Shown: positions 38,701 through 47,180 of the stretch, in pieces
Position numbering within the stretch: the first letter of the stretch is position 1
How the letters are laid out: every line of letters starts with the position of its first letter
Program-made: the position numbers and the translations under genes
The notes under the pieces: generated by a model
What the model was told of the DNA's origin: nothing
Databases searched by the model: none
The model's input: only the letters and a program-made list of their open reading frames with translations
Source: Candidatus Adlerbacteria bacterium
GTDB lineage: Bacteria > Patescibacteriota > Minisyncoccia > Phycocordibacterales > SBAW01
Direction: 5' to 3'
NCBI GenBank assembly: GCA_029288895.1
Contig: JARIGK010000002.1
Location: forward strand, 94,986 to 158,985
DNA length: 64,000 nucleotides

Positions 38701-39225
38701 ATGGACGAAGCTATGGAAAGTGCTCTTCGTTTTTATGAAGAGAATCGAGTGGGAAGTTTTGGGCGCCATGCTCATTTCCATTTTATGCAAGCGATGAAGT
38801 TAGGGTACGCCACTATGGCGCCCGAAGGCTCAATCGCTGAATTGCCAGGCTCGAAGACCATCGAGTATTCACATGAAAGATGGCGTGTTGTTGATACCTA
38901 CATCGTCACGCCGAACAGTCCGTATAGTGGCGGGACAACGATGCTGTACTATGATCCGCTGCCGGTGTTCATGATGCAATACCTCGGAAAGTATGAGGAG
39001 ATTGCAATCCCGTGCCTGAAAGCTGCACTCAAGGCCGGCTCAAGTGCCGGTGAATTCAATGGCGGACGCGGCCAAGATCTCTTTGTGCACGAAGGGTTCA
39101 CTTACACGAACGATGCATATGGAGATTTTTTCACCCACTCAAGCGCTTTCGAACAGATCTTCGATCCGAACAGACAACGCGTCGGTTGGCATCGTTGTCA
39201 GTCGATCTGGATGCTCCGGAAATAG
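38701..39225 (+). CDS. DUF5680-like protein (cassette 7)
   Basis: GGAGG SD; PGSKTIEY...DTY...GGTT...MQYLG...LKAAL...RG pattern; terminator 39237-39266. Confidence 0.7.
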   Translation: MDEAMESALRFYEENRVGSFGRHAHFHFMQAMKLGYATMAPEGSIAELPGSKTIEYSHERWRVVDTYIVTPNSPYSGGTTMLYYDPLPVFMMQYLGKYEEIAIPCLKAALKAGSSAGEFNGGRGQDLFVHEGFTYTNDAYGDFFTHSSAFEQIFDPNRQRVGWHRCQSIWMLRK

Positions 39226-39353
39226 TAATTTCAACGACGGCCGACTCAGTTGGCCGTTTTTCTTTTATAAATTCGTTCGAATATCGTCCTAGACGGGCGG
39301 CTCGTAAAATAAAAACATCGCGGATCATGCCGCGATGTGGAAGAACCGAGATT

Positions 39354-39620
39354 CTATTGATCAGGATCCCACGGTTTGAGTTGTGCACTATCGATGTCAC
39401 CAAACCCCTGAAAAAATACCCGTCTAAGCTCAGCAGCCTTGACGAGACATGTGTCGTGAATAACGATTTTCAATCTGTCGCCGTTCCCCGGGTCGAAGAC
39501 AGTTGATCCATAATTCCCTGTAGAGACAAACTCAACGCCGTCCTTTGGCAGATCAGTGCCTGGTCCGTTGAGATTTTCAATTTCTCTGCCGCATACGATG
39601 CAGGGAAGAGCGTTGACCAT
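39354..39620 (-). CDS. Hypothetical CxxC protein (cassette 8)
   Basis: AGGAG SD; CIVC...GNYGSTVFD...HDTC. Confidence 0.7.
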   Translation of the reverse strand: MVNALPCIVCGREIENLNGPGTDLPKDGVEFVSTGNYGSTVFDPGNGDRLKIVIHDTCLVKAAELRRVFFQGFGDIDSAQLKPWDPDQ

Positions 39621-39763
39621 ATGTCTCTCCTGTGTTTAATCTGAGCAAAAGTTAGCACACATTTTTTCCTTTTTCCATATTCGTTCGAATATCGTCCCAG
39701 ACGGGCAGCTCGCTAGATAATAGAAAACCGCTCACCTTTCAGTGAACGGTTCGTGCCGAACGG

Positions 39764-40072
39764 CTACTCTGCGTTCGAAAATTCCATTTTTCCTGTTCGA
39801 TCGTTGCTATTGTACTCGACCGAAATCCAATTGTATGGAGGTAATTTCTTTTTATCTTCGGCACTAATTTCTGACAATTGTCCGCCAAGTTTGTAATTTG
39901 ATCCATGGCACGTGACGAATTGAAAGTTGTAAATCTTTAGCCTAACAACTAAGGGCTGACCTTCAACGAAAAGTGTGAACTTAGCCACTGCTCCCAAATT
40001 ACGTGCGACGAACGCCTGCTCAAGATCGCGCTGACCTGGGCCATTGCCTATGTAGAGCCATGGAAGAGTCAT
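39764..40072 (-). CDS. Hypothetical protein (cassette 9)
   Basis: GGAG SD; terminator-like hairpin at 39725-39751. Confidence 0.65.
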   Translation of the reverse strand: MTLPWLYIGNGPGQRDLEQAFVARNLGAVAKFTLFVEGQPLVVRLKIYNFQFVTCHGSNYKLGGQLSEISAEDKKKLPPYNWISVEYNSNDRTGKMEFSNAE

Positions 40073-40264
40073 AAAGATCTCCGGGGTTTGAAAAGAACAA
40101 TCACATCAAACATAAAGAAGGATGTGAGCCGTCAGACTATCTGGCAGCAGGAAAACAGTAAATTTTTATCACGTATACGTCAAGTTCCTGAGTTAACTCT
40201 CTAAAATTCCAACGTCATACCACACACCTCTCAAACTTATCCAAACAAGGCGTATTATTACCGA

Positions 40265-40501
40265 ATGTACTTCGTATATATGCTCGAGTGTAGCGACGGG
40301 TCGCTGTATACCGGCATTACGACTGATGTAAAAAGACGCTTCCAAGAACATAAGGCTGGCAAAGGCGGGCACTTCACCAGCTCGAGAGACGTTGTAAAAA
40401 TTGTATACACCGAAGAACATCCGGACAGGTCGTCTGCATCCAAACGCGAAGCCGAAATAAAACGCCTGCGCCGAGCAGACAAATTAAAGTTGATTTCATA
40501 G
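40265..40501 (+). CDS. Small GIY-YIG nuclease (YhbQ/YazA-like)
   Basis: YFVYMLECSDGSLYTGITTDVKRRFQEH...REAEIK. Confidence 0.93.
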   Translation: MYFVYMLECSDGSLYTGITTDVKRRFQEHKAGKGGHFTSSRDVVKIVYTEEHPDRSSASKREAEIKRLRRADKLKLIS

Positions 40502-40556
40502 AAATTTCAGTGCCCACCTTCAGCAACTTTTAACCGCGTATGCAGTTATATGAAGT

Positions 40557-40814
40557 ATGTCCAAAGGGAAACGGATTTTGGGAAGTATTGCTATTGCTGT
40601 CGTTGCAGTGGGTGCTTTTTTGGGGTACCAGGTGTACCGAACGAACGCGGCCCATTCATCATTTGAAAACTACTACGCATTCCGTGGATGCCAAGAATTG
40701 ATCGAAAAAACTGACTCCTTCGCTACCTGCCGGCTTGCCGACGGCTCGATTATTAAACTCGTACTCATAAACAACAAGTGGTACCTCGACGGCGACGGCC
40801 CCGGTATTTGGTAG
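40557..40814 (+). CDS. Small membrane-anchored hypothetical protein
   Basis: N-terminal TM and two Cys. Confidence 0.65.
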   Translation: MSKGKRILGSIAIAVVAVGAFLGYQVYRTNAAHSSFENYYAFRGCQELIEKTDSFATCRLADGSIIKLVLINNKWYLDGDGPGIW

Positions 40815-40833
40815 AAATTGGTATAATTGATAG

Positions 40834-41130
40834 ATGAAACTTACTGGCGGCACCGTACACACCCTTCCTCCAGATTTGAAAGCGGCGCTCGCCAAAGATG
40901 CGAAGGCAGCACGTTTGTGGGAAGAGATTACCCCGCTCGCCCGCAATGAATGGATCTGCTGGACCATTTCAGTAAAGCAAGACAAAACGCGCAACGACCA
41001 TGTTAAGCGCGTCGTATCGGAGTTAAAAGACGGCATGCGCCGCCCCTGCTGCTGGATAGGCTGCATCCATCGCACCGACAAAAAAGTGAGCCGCTCTGTA
41101 CAGTTCGTCCTCGCAAAACGCTCTAAATAA
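40834..41130 (+). CDS. YdeI/OmpD-associated family protein
   Basis: LPPDLKAAL...WEEITPLARNEWICW...RRPCCWIGC. Confidence 0.85.
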   Translation: MKLTGGTVHTLPPDLKAALAKDAKAARLWEEITPLARNEWICWTISVKQDKTRNDHVKRVVSELKDGMRRPCCWIGCIHRTDKKVSRSVQFVLAKRSK

Positions 41131-41148
41131 TAGTGCTACAATTCCCGC

Positions 41149-41520
41149 ATGAAGGAACGGCACAAAAAGCGGATCGTTCATTGGTTTACGTCCGAAGAAA
41201 AATTTATTAAAACTCCTGTCGGCATTTTTTTGCTTGGATGTTTTTTGGGCGAGCTTTCTCCCGACCCTACAGACGCCGTTCATTTTTGGCTGCAACAGCA
41301 TGTACTTAACAATCCTACATTCCCTGCATTTTGGCGTGCATTTTTGCAGGTCTTCGACTGGTACTTTATGAGCGCATGTTACTTTCTCCTGTTGCTCATA
41401 CTCGCCTACTTCTTGCACATAACCAACGTCGGCGCTGTCAAACGCTTTACTATCGTTGCAGGTGTTTTAAGCATCGGCGCCGCTGTCGGCATCTTGGCGC
41501 AGTTTGTCATAGGCAGTTAG
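41149..41520 (+). CDS. Hypothetical membrane protein
   Basis: Three hydrophobic segments; TACAAT 6 nt before the ATG. Confidence 0.65.
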   Translation: MKERHKKRIVHWFTSEEKFIKTPVGIFLLGCFLGELSPDPTDAVHFWLQQHVLNNPTFPAFWRAFLQVFDWYFMSACYFLLLLILAYFLHITNVGAVKRFTIVAGVLSIGAAVGILAQFVIGS

Positions 41521-41524
41521 TACG

Positions 41525-41974
41525 ATGAACTACTGGCTTCTCAAAACAGAACCAAGCGCGTATTCGATAGACGATTTAAAGCGCGACAAAACAACTGCCT
41601 GGGAGGGCGTGCGCAACTACCAGGCGCGCAACTTTATGCAACAGATGAAGAAGGGAGATTTATGCCTCTTCTACCACTCGAGCACGGAACCTGTTGGTGT
41701 ATTTGGCGTCGCAAAGGTAACAAAAGAAGCCTATCCTGATGCATCACAGTTTAATAAAAAAGATTCGCACTTCGACCCGAAGGCCACGAAAGAAAAACCT
41801 ATCTGGTTTTGCCCCGACATTACCTTTGTCAAAAAATTTAAAGAGCCGTTCCTTTTGACGCATATCAAAGCCGACCATGCCCTGCGCGGCATTATGGTCG
41901 CCCAGCAAGGCTCGCGCCTTTCCGTCCAGCCCGTATCCGAAATGCATTTCACATATATCACCAAAAACGCGTAG
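41525..41974 (+). CDS. EVE domain protein
   Basis: YWLLKTEP, WEGVRNYQARNF, FYHS, RLSVQPV. Confidence 0.95.
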   Translation: MNYWLLKTEPSAYSIDDLKRDKTTAWEGVRNYQARNFMQQMKKGDLCLFYHSSTEPVGVFGVAKVTKEAYPDASQFNKKDSHFDPKATKEKPIWFCPDITFVKKFKEPFLLTHIKADHALRGIMVAQQGSRLSVQPVSEMHFTYITKNA

Positions 41975-42019
41975 CATTCTACACGCGAAATTCACGAGTG
42001 CTCTGCGACTATTGAGCAC

Positions 42020-42490
42020 ATGAACGAATTTGTAAGTACAAAGGTTGGCGAGGTACTGGCGTTTGCACGCCTCTGTACCGATACGCTTGAAATGGGGCGC
42101 AGCGCGCTCGCAGAGATGGTTGGCGAAGAACGCCTCGACAGCGCAGAAGACGAACTTGAGACCCTCGAGCGCTCGATAGCTGCCTTGGCACAGGACGAAC
42201 ATGCCGTTGTGGCAATCGAGACATCCGCGACACAGACGCAAGAAAAATTGCGCACCATGCGCGACACCTATATCGACGGCAATTGGGACGAAGCCAGCGA
42301 AGTGCTTGAATGGCTCGGCTTTTCGACTGGCGCCGCATTGGTGCATTGGCACTTGCTCGCCGGCGCTGCACGCGCCACGGACGACAGCGGGCTTGCCGAT
42401 GTGGCAAAAGACGCGATCCGTTTCTACACATCGCTCTTTAGCTCGGACGAAGCAGTTCTTGCCGAGATCGGTGCATCAGCGGCCGCCTAA
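42020..42490 (+). CDS. Hypothetical protein (helical, possibly ferritin-like)
   Basis: Acidic helical ORF filling the intergenic gap. Confidence 0.65.
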   Translation: MNEFVSTKVGEVLAFARLCTDTLEMGRSALAEMVGEERLDSAEDELETLERSIAALAQDEHAVVAIETSATQTQEKLRTMRDTYIDGNWDEASEVLEWLGFSTGAALVHWHLLAGAARATDDSGLADVAKDAIRFYTSLFSSDEAVLAEIGASAAA

Positions 42491-42533
42491 GAAAAACCCG
42501 CGAGCAATGCCCGCGGGTGTAGTAGGTACAGAA

Positions 42534-43124
42534 CTATTCTTCCTCACTTTCATCCTCGCCCTGGCCGCCCTCTGGTTTGCCGCTCTTGGGCCTGCGAGAC
42601 GAAGGCGAAATGACAGAGACGCGAAGTTTTTTTACCTGCATGGCACTTGCTGTTGCAGTACGCACATCGGCATTTTCCTTACCCTCTGCCAACAAGCGTA
42701 TGGGCTGGAGCGCACGTTCGGTGACTTTTTGCCATACCGGTTTCGACAGTGCCTGCTCGAGATAGCCCGGGTTCACGGTCAGCTCAAAACTCGTTGCAAT
42801 GAGCGTTTTTCCTAGCTTCCCTTCTATCTCCTCGACGCCAGTGTGCGCCCAGTGCGGAAGCAATTGCCCCACAAGCGTCTCGCGGCGTTCCAGCAGCGGA
42901 TTCAACTGTTGCTGGATTTTTTCAAGCTCGTCGACAAGTTCGACAACCTTCTCTGGCTTAAGTTGCGGGCCTTTTGCTCTCTCTGCCCTGCGGCGTTTCG
43001 AGATCGCCTGATTTTTAACACTCTCTGCAAGTGCCTCAAACCAGCTATATGCCTGTCGTAGTTTTTTTGTAACTCCAACATGCGTTGGGCCCGATGCTTT
43101 TCGTGCCTGCGCAGTGACTACCAT
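42534..43124 (-). CDS. Hypothetical protein (SD-led orphan)
   Basis: GAGGAG upstream of ATG 43124; coiled coil; acidic tail. Confidence 0.6.
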   Translation of the reverse strand: MVVTAQARKASGPTHVGVTKKLRQAYSWFEALAESVKNQAISKRRRAERAKGPQLKPEKVVELVDELEKIQQQLNPLLERRETLVGQLLPHWAHTGVEEIEGKLGKTLIATSFELTVNPGYLEQALSKPVWQKVTERALQPIRLLAEGKENADVRTATASAMQVKKLRVSVISPSSRRPKSGKPEGGQGEDESEEE

Positions 43125-43243
43125 CCCTCTTCTCCTCGATCTGCTATGAATTAACTCGTCAATGAAGAACTCTCCGACCAGCAACTCTACACAACCCACA
43201 TAAACCTCACATGAAGTACAGAACGAGTTGCTATACTTGGTAT

Positions 43244-43753
43244 ATGCAAAAAATCACAGCTCATCTTTGGTACGACAAAGAAGCAGAAGAGGCCATCAAT
43301 TACTACGTCGACGTGTTTAACGGCGCCCCCAACAAAGAGGCCGAGTCACAAGTGCTCAGCATCACCCGCTACCCTGAAGGTGGCACAGGCCCCATGGCCG
43401 GTATGGACGGCAAAGTGCTTACTGGCGTCTTCGAGTTGGCCGGCCAGCGCTTTATGGCGCTCGATGGCGGCCCCATCTTCAAGTTCAACGAGTCGATCTC
43501 AATGCTCGTCAATTGTAAAACCCAAGAAGAAATAGACTATTTCTGGGGCAAACTCTCTGCCGTGCCCGAAAGCGAACAGTGCGGCTGGTGCAAAGACAAA
43601 TTCGGCCTTTCGTGGCAAATCAACCCCACCGAAATTATGGGCAAGATGATGGACGGTTCTAACCCAGCAAAAACAAAAGCTGTCATTGCAGCCTTTATGC
43701 CGATGAAGAAGCTGGATATCGCAGCACTCCAAGCCGCCTACGACGCGGCGTAG
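43244..43753 (+). CDS. VOC family protein (PhnB/3-dmu-9 methyltransferase-like)
   Basis: QKITAHLWYD, FMALDGGP, QCGWCKDKFGLSWQI. Confidence 0.93.
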   Translation: MQKITAHLWYDKEAEEAINYYVDVFNGAPNKEAESQVLSITRYPEGGTGPMAGMDGKVLTGVFELAGQRFMALDGGPIFKFNESISMLVNCKTQEEIDYFWGKLSAVPESEQCGWCKDKFGLSWQINPTEIMGKMMDGSNPAKTKAVIAAFMPMKKLDIAALQAAYDAA

Positions 43754-43754
43754 C

Positions 43755-44306
43755 CTACATTAGCTTCGTTTCCTCATCTTCTTCGTCCATATCGTTGGCG
43801 CGCTCGTTTACGCCCGACGTTGCGAGCTCGTTCAACTTTTCATCCGTTGCCTCTTCCTCCTCGAGCGTCTCCTCAAGCAGGTCGGCGACTTCGGTGTGGC
43901 CCATTTCGCGCGCCCACTCCACAGCGCTGCCATAGCCAGCGATTTCGTAATGCTCTACATACTGCGCCGCGGCGATCAAGTTTGCGTCAAGCGCTTCGCT
44001 TCCCTCGACGTTCTTGATCACCCATTCGCCATCAGCTATAAGGCCGCGTATCGCTTCGCTTTTTAATTTCTTCGGCTTTTCATTAAGCAATTCAAATGCT
44101 TTTTCGAGGCGCTCGATCTGCCCTTTTGTTTGCTCCAAATGTTCTTCAAACCCTGATTTCAATTCTGCATCGCTCGCAGCCTTTGCCATCTTAGGCAAGG
44201 CTTTGGTAATTTCATGCTCAACGTCGTAGAGCGACTGCATCTTGGTAATAAGCAAATCATGGAGCGTCATAGACTCCTGTGATTTTGATTTCTTTGTTGT
44301 AGCCAT
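43755..44306 (-). CDS. Ferritin-like DUF892 (YciF-like) protein
   Basis: KALPKMAKAA, HLEQTKGQIERL, QYVEHYEIAGYG. Confidence 0.93.
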   Translation of the reverse strand: MATTKKSKSQESMTLHDLLITKMQSLYDVEHEITKALPKMAKAASDAELKSGFEEHLEQTKGQIERLEKAFELLNEKPKKLKSEAIRGLIADGEWVIKNVEGSEALDANLIAAAQYVEHYEIAGYGSAVEWAREMGHTEVADLLEETLEEEEATDEKLNELATSGVNERANDMDEEDEETKLM

Positions 44307-44369
44307 AGAAAATGATGGGTTAGGTATAACCTACCCATTATCCGTACAGCCTTCTGTTGGTGTGATGAA

Positions 44370-45431
44370 TCAGGCTGCACCAAGTGCACGGTAGAGCGCA
44401 AGCTCAAGCGGTATAGCAGGGACCGGCGCTTTGCCCATCTCGAGCAGTGCAGTAATAAGTTCTGAAAGTAGATGCGCATTAATAGCTGCGCCCGAGGCAC
44501 CCGCCAAGTTGGAGAGAAATGCGATATCGTCCTCGCTCAACTGCTCGGCTAACTGAGCCTTTAATTCTGGCGCAAAGCGCAGCAGTAGCACACCGCGCAC
44601 TTTTGCGATGGCTAGCATCGCAAATACTTTAGGCTGGGCGCCAGCCTTCAACCCCGCATGAAATTGTGCGAGTGCCTGTGCAATATTTTTTGCCGCAAGC
44701 GCGTCCAAAAACGCATTCACGCTCTTTGATGAAGGCGCGCCTACAACCTGCGCCACCTCTTCTTCTGTCAGTGTTGCATCTTCTGAAATCGTGAGAACTT
44801 TCTGCAAAATACCAAGCGTGTCGCGGAAGGAACCATCACCCATCATGGCAATAAGTTCGGCGCCTGCAGGAGCAAGCGATGCACCCTCTTTCTTTGCAAC
44901 ATCAAGCACGAGCTTCTTTAATGTCTCGTGCGACGGGTTCTTAAATTGGAATGTCTGGCAGCGCGATTTGATTGTGTCTGGAACTTTATCAAGCTCTGTT
45001 GTGGCAAGCACAAACACCACGTGCTCGGGCGGCTCTTCCAAGGTCTTGAGTAACGCACCCCAGGCTTGCGGCGTTAGCGCATGCGCTTCGTCGACGATAT
45101 AAAACTTGTACGCCGACTGAAATGGCAGCGTTGCAACACCCTCGCGCAGCTCGCGTATCTCGTCGATACCGCGGTTGCTTGCCGCATCCATCTCGTAGAT
45201 GTCAGCATCAGCGGTACCCAAGGCGCGCGCCAAAGCGCGCGCCATCGATGTTTTGCCTGTGCCGCGCCCGCCCGAAAAGAGGTAGGCATGCGCGATCTTC
45301 TTTTGTGCGACAGCTGCACGTAAGACAGCGGTAATATGCTCTTGGTCGCGGAATTCATCAAACTCCCCTGGCCTATACTTTCTGTATAGCGCTACGGGCG
45401 CACGCGTATCGGCTGGAGTGCTCTTTGCCAT
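44370..45431 (-). CDS. dnaX: DNA polymerase III subunit gamma/tau (short form)
   Basis: LYRKYRP, GGRGTGKTS, EMDAASNRGID, LLKTLEEPP, SRC. Confidence 0.95.
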   Translation of the reverse strand: MAKSTPADTRAPVALYRKYRPGEFDEFRDQEHITAVLRAAVAQKKIAHAYLFSGGRGTGKTSMARALARALGTADADIYEMDAASNRGIDEIRELREGVATLPFQSAYKFYIVDEAHALTPQAWGALLKTLEEPPEHVVFVLATTELDKVPDTIKSRCQTFQFKNPSHETLKKLVLDVAKKEGASLAPAGAELIAMMGDGSFRDTLGILQKVLTISEDATLTEEEVAQVVGAPSSKSVNAFLDALAAKNIAQALAQFHAGLKAGAQPKVFAMLAIAKVRGVLLLRFAPELKAQLAEQLSEDDIAFLSNLAGASGAAINAHLLSELITALLEMGKAPVPAIPLELALYRALGAA

Positions 45432-45449
45432 CCACACCAGTATACTGGC

Positions 45450-45842
45450 TTATTTCTTTTTTGAAACTTTTTTGGCCTTTTTCTTAGCCTTTGTGACAGC
45501 CCGCGTGCCAGTGGTGCGTGCAGCCTCCATATGGCCCCAGGTATTCTTCAAATCGCGGGTTACCGATGCAATTTCAGCCGCCGTGACGCCCGACATCTTC
45601 GAGTAACGAGACATGACTTCTTGGACGAGTGCCAAATACTTTTTCTTATCAATGTCTTCCATCTTCTCAATTGCCTCCATCACTTCAGCACGAGCTTTCA
45701 GCATCCAGCTCTTTGCTTGGCGACGATGCTTTTCTGCATCCTTAGCACCATAAAACCAATACGCACCTGCTGCGGCAACTGCAGCTGCTGCAGCCAACCC
45801 TGCACCCACTGCAATAGTAGAACTGGTATCTTTTTTCGCCAT
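45450..45842 (-). CDS. Hypothetical protein (Ala-rich N-terminal anchor, basic tail)
   Basis: Co-oriented with dnaX. Confidence 0.7.
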   Translation of the reverse strand: MAKKDTSSTIAVGAGLAAAAAVAAAGAYWFYGAKDAEKHRRQAKSWMLKARAEVMEAIEKMEDIDKKKYLALVQEVMSRYSKMSGVTAAEIASVTRDLKNTWGHMEAARTTGTRAVTKAKKKAKKVSKKK

Positions 45843-45866
45843 AATGTTTAAAGTATCGCTTACTAA

Positions 45867-46199
45867 TTATGAATTGTCGCTGAAGGGTTCGTTCTCCACC
45901 TCTCCAACTTTCTTCTGTTTGCGCGGCATTGTACGTTTCTTCATACGCGAGGCAATAAAGCCGAGCCCCAAGTCGACTATCGCGCGCATTTTGACACCCT
46001 CGTTCTTTACCTCGCGGCGCAGTGTTTCAAAATCTTCTTCCAATTCGCGGCTCGCACGATTGAGCTTTGCGGTAATCTCTTTAAGATCGCGTAAAATCTG
46101 CACCACGTAATACGAGGCAATAAGGCCAGCCCCAGCAAACAGCACAACAACAATAGAAGTAATAAAGAAAAAGATATCTGCGTGTACAACTTCGCTCAT
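45867..46199 (-). CDS. Hypothetical membrane protein with coiled coil
   Basis: N-terminal TM followed by heptad repeats. Confidence 0.7.
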   Translation of the reverse strand: MSEVVHADIFFFITSIVVVLFAGAGLIASYYVVQILRDLKEITAKLNRASRELEEDFETLRREVKNEGVKMRAIVDLGLGFIASRMKKRTMPRKQKKVGEVENEPFSDNS

Positions 46200-46205
46200 A
46201 TCACC

Positions 46206-47171
46206 CTATTGTACGCGCTCTTTTATAAATGCTTCGATAATTTCCTCTATCTCCTGTGCATTATGTGTCTCCATGAGCTTTATGCGGAGCTCTTTGGCGC
46301 CCGGAAAGCCCTCAGCATATGCTTTAAAGTGCTTTTTCATAAGCGCAAAGTTTTTGATGTCGCCGAGCATTGTTTCAAATAGCTTTGCATGCTCAACAGA
46401 TACACGCAGACGCTCTTCCACAGACGGGACTTGGTCTACAAACAGCCACGGGTTGCCAAAGATAGCGCGGCCCATCATAACGCCGTCAGCACCCGAGTAC
46501 GCCGCCTTTTCTTTCGCATCTTCCAAATTCTTTGCATCACCGTTGCCGAGAATAAGGGAGTCACTACCCAGCTCGTTGCGTATCTCAACCGCGCGTTTGA
46601 CTCTCTCCCATCGCGCAGGCACAAGCGACATTTCTTTGCGCGTGCGTGCATGTATCGTTACCGCAACTGGGTTTGTCGAAAGTATCTTAGGCAACCACTC
46701 TTCCAAGATGTCTTTGTTGTACCCAAGACGTGTTTTAACCGAGACAGGTAGGGTGGGCGCACCGCGCTTTGCAGCCTCAATAACTTGTACGGCCACGTCG
46801 GGCGTCGTGATCAGTTTTGCACCTGCACCTTGTTTTTCGATGCTACGGTCTGGGCAACCCATATTGATATCAATGCCGTCAAAGCCAAGCTCTTGTGCAA
46901 GTGCTGCGGCTTTTTCCATTGTTTCTGGATTGGATGTAAACAGCTGCGCAACAATGGGTCTCTCTTCCTCGCTAAACACTAAGTCGCGCATAAGCTTTTG
47001 CTTACCTTCTTCTGTTGCAAGAATCAAACCATCGGCCGAGACAAATTCGGTCCACAAGATATCTGGCTTGCCGTACTTGGCTATGAGTTTACGGAAGGCA
47101 GCGTCCGTGACGTTTGCCAAGGGCGCCAGCACGAAAAATGGTTTGGGTAGGTCTGCCCAGAAGCCTTTCAT
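46206..47171 (-). CDS. dus: tRNA-dihydrouridine synthase
   Basis: LAPLANVTD, DINMGCP, SVKTRLG, TIHART, GNGD, MGRAIFGNPW. Confidence 0.95.
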   Translation of the reverse strand: MKGFWADLPKPFFVLAPLANVTDAAFRKLIAKYGKPDILWTEFVSADGLILATEEGKQKLMRDLVFSEEERPIVAQLFTSNPETMEKAAALAQELGFDGIDINMGCPDRSIEKQGAGAKLITTPDVAVQVIEAAKRGAPTLPVSVKTRLGYNKDILEEWLPKILSTNPVAVTIHARTRKEMSLVPARWERVKRAVEIRNELGSDSLILGNGDAKNLEDAKEKAAYSGADGVMMGRAIFGNPWLFVDQVPSVEERLRVSVEHAKLFETMLGDIKNFALMKKHFKAYAEGFPGAKELRIKLMETHNAQEIEEIIEAFIKERVQ

Positions 47172-47180
47172 ACTCACACC

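Larger units (their letters stand above)
35502..40230 (+). repeat. tRNA-anchored array of ~30-bp direct repeats separating single-gene cassettes
   Basis: Consensus GTTCGAATATCGTCCCAGACGGGCAGCTCG. Copies at 35961/36029, 36475, 36978, 37675, 38226, 38616, 39275, 39683 and 40207; right half matches 35516-35526. Confidence 0.9.

Noticed and set aside
35961-40230. CRISPR array
   Set aside because: Repeat length fits, but the intervals are 390-700 bp and each holds a whole gene; no cas genes are in the window.
35961-40230. Classical integron attC array or Xer/dif modules
   Set aside because: No RYYYAAC/GTTRRRY inverse cores, no intI and mixed gene orientation; no resemblance to the 11-6-11 dif consensus.
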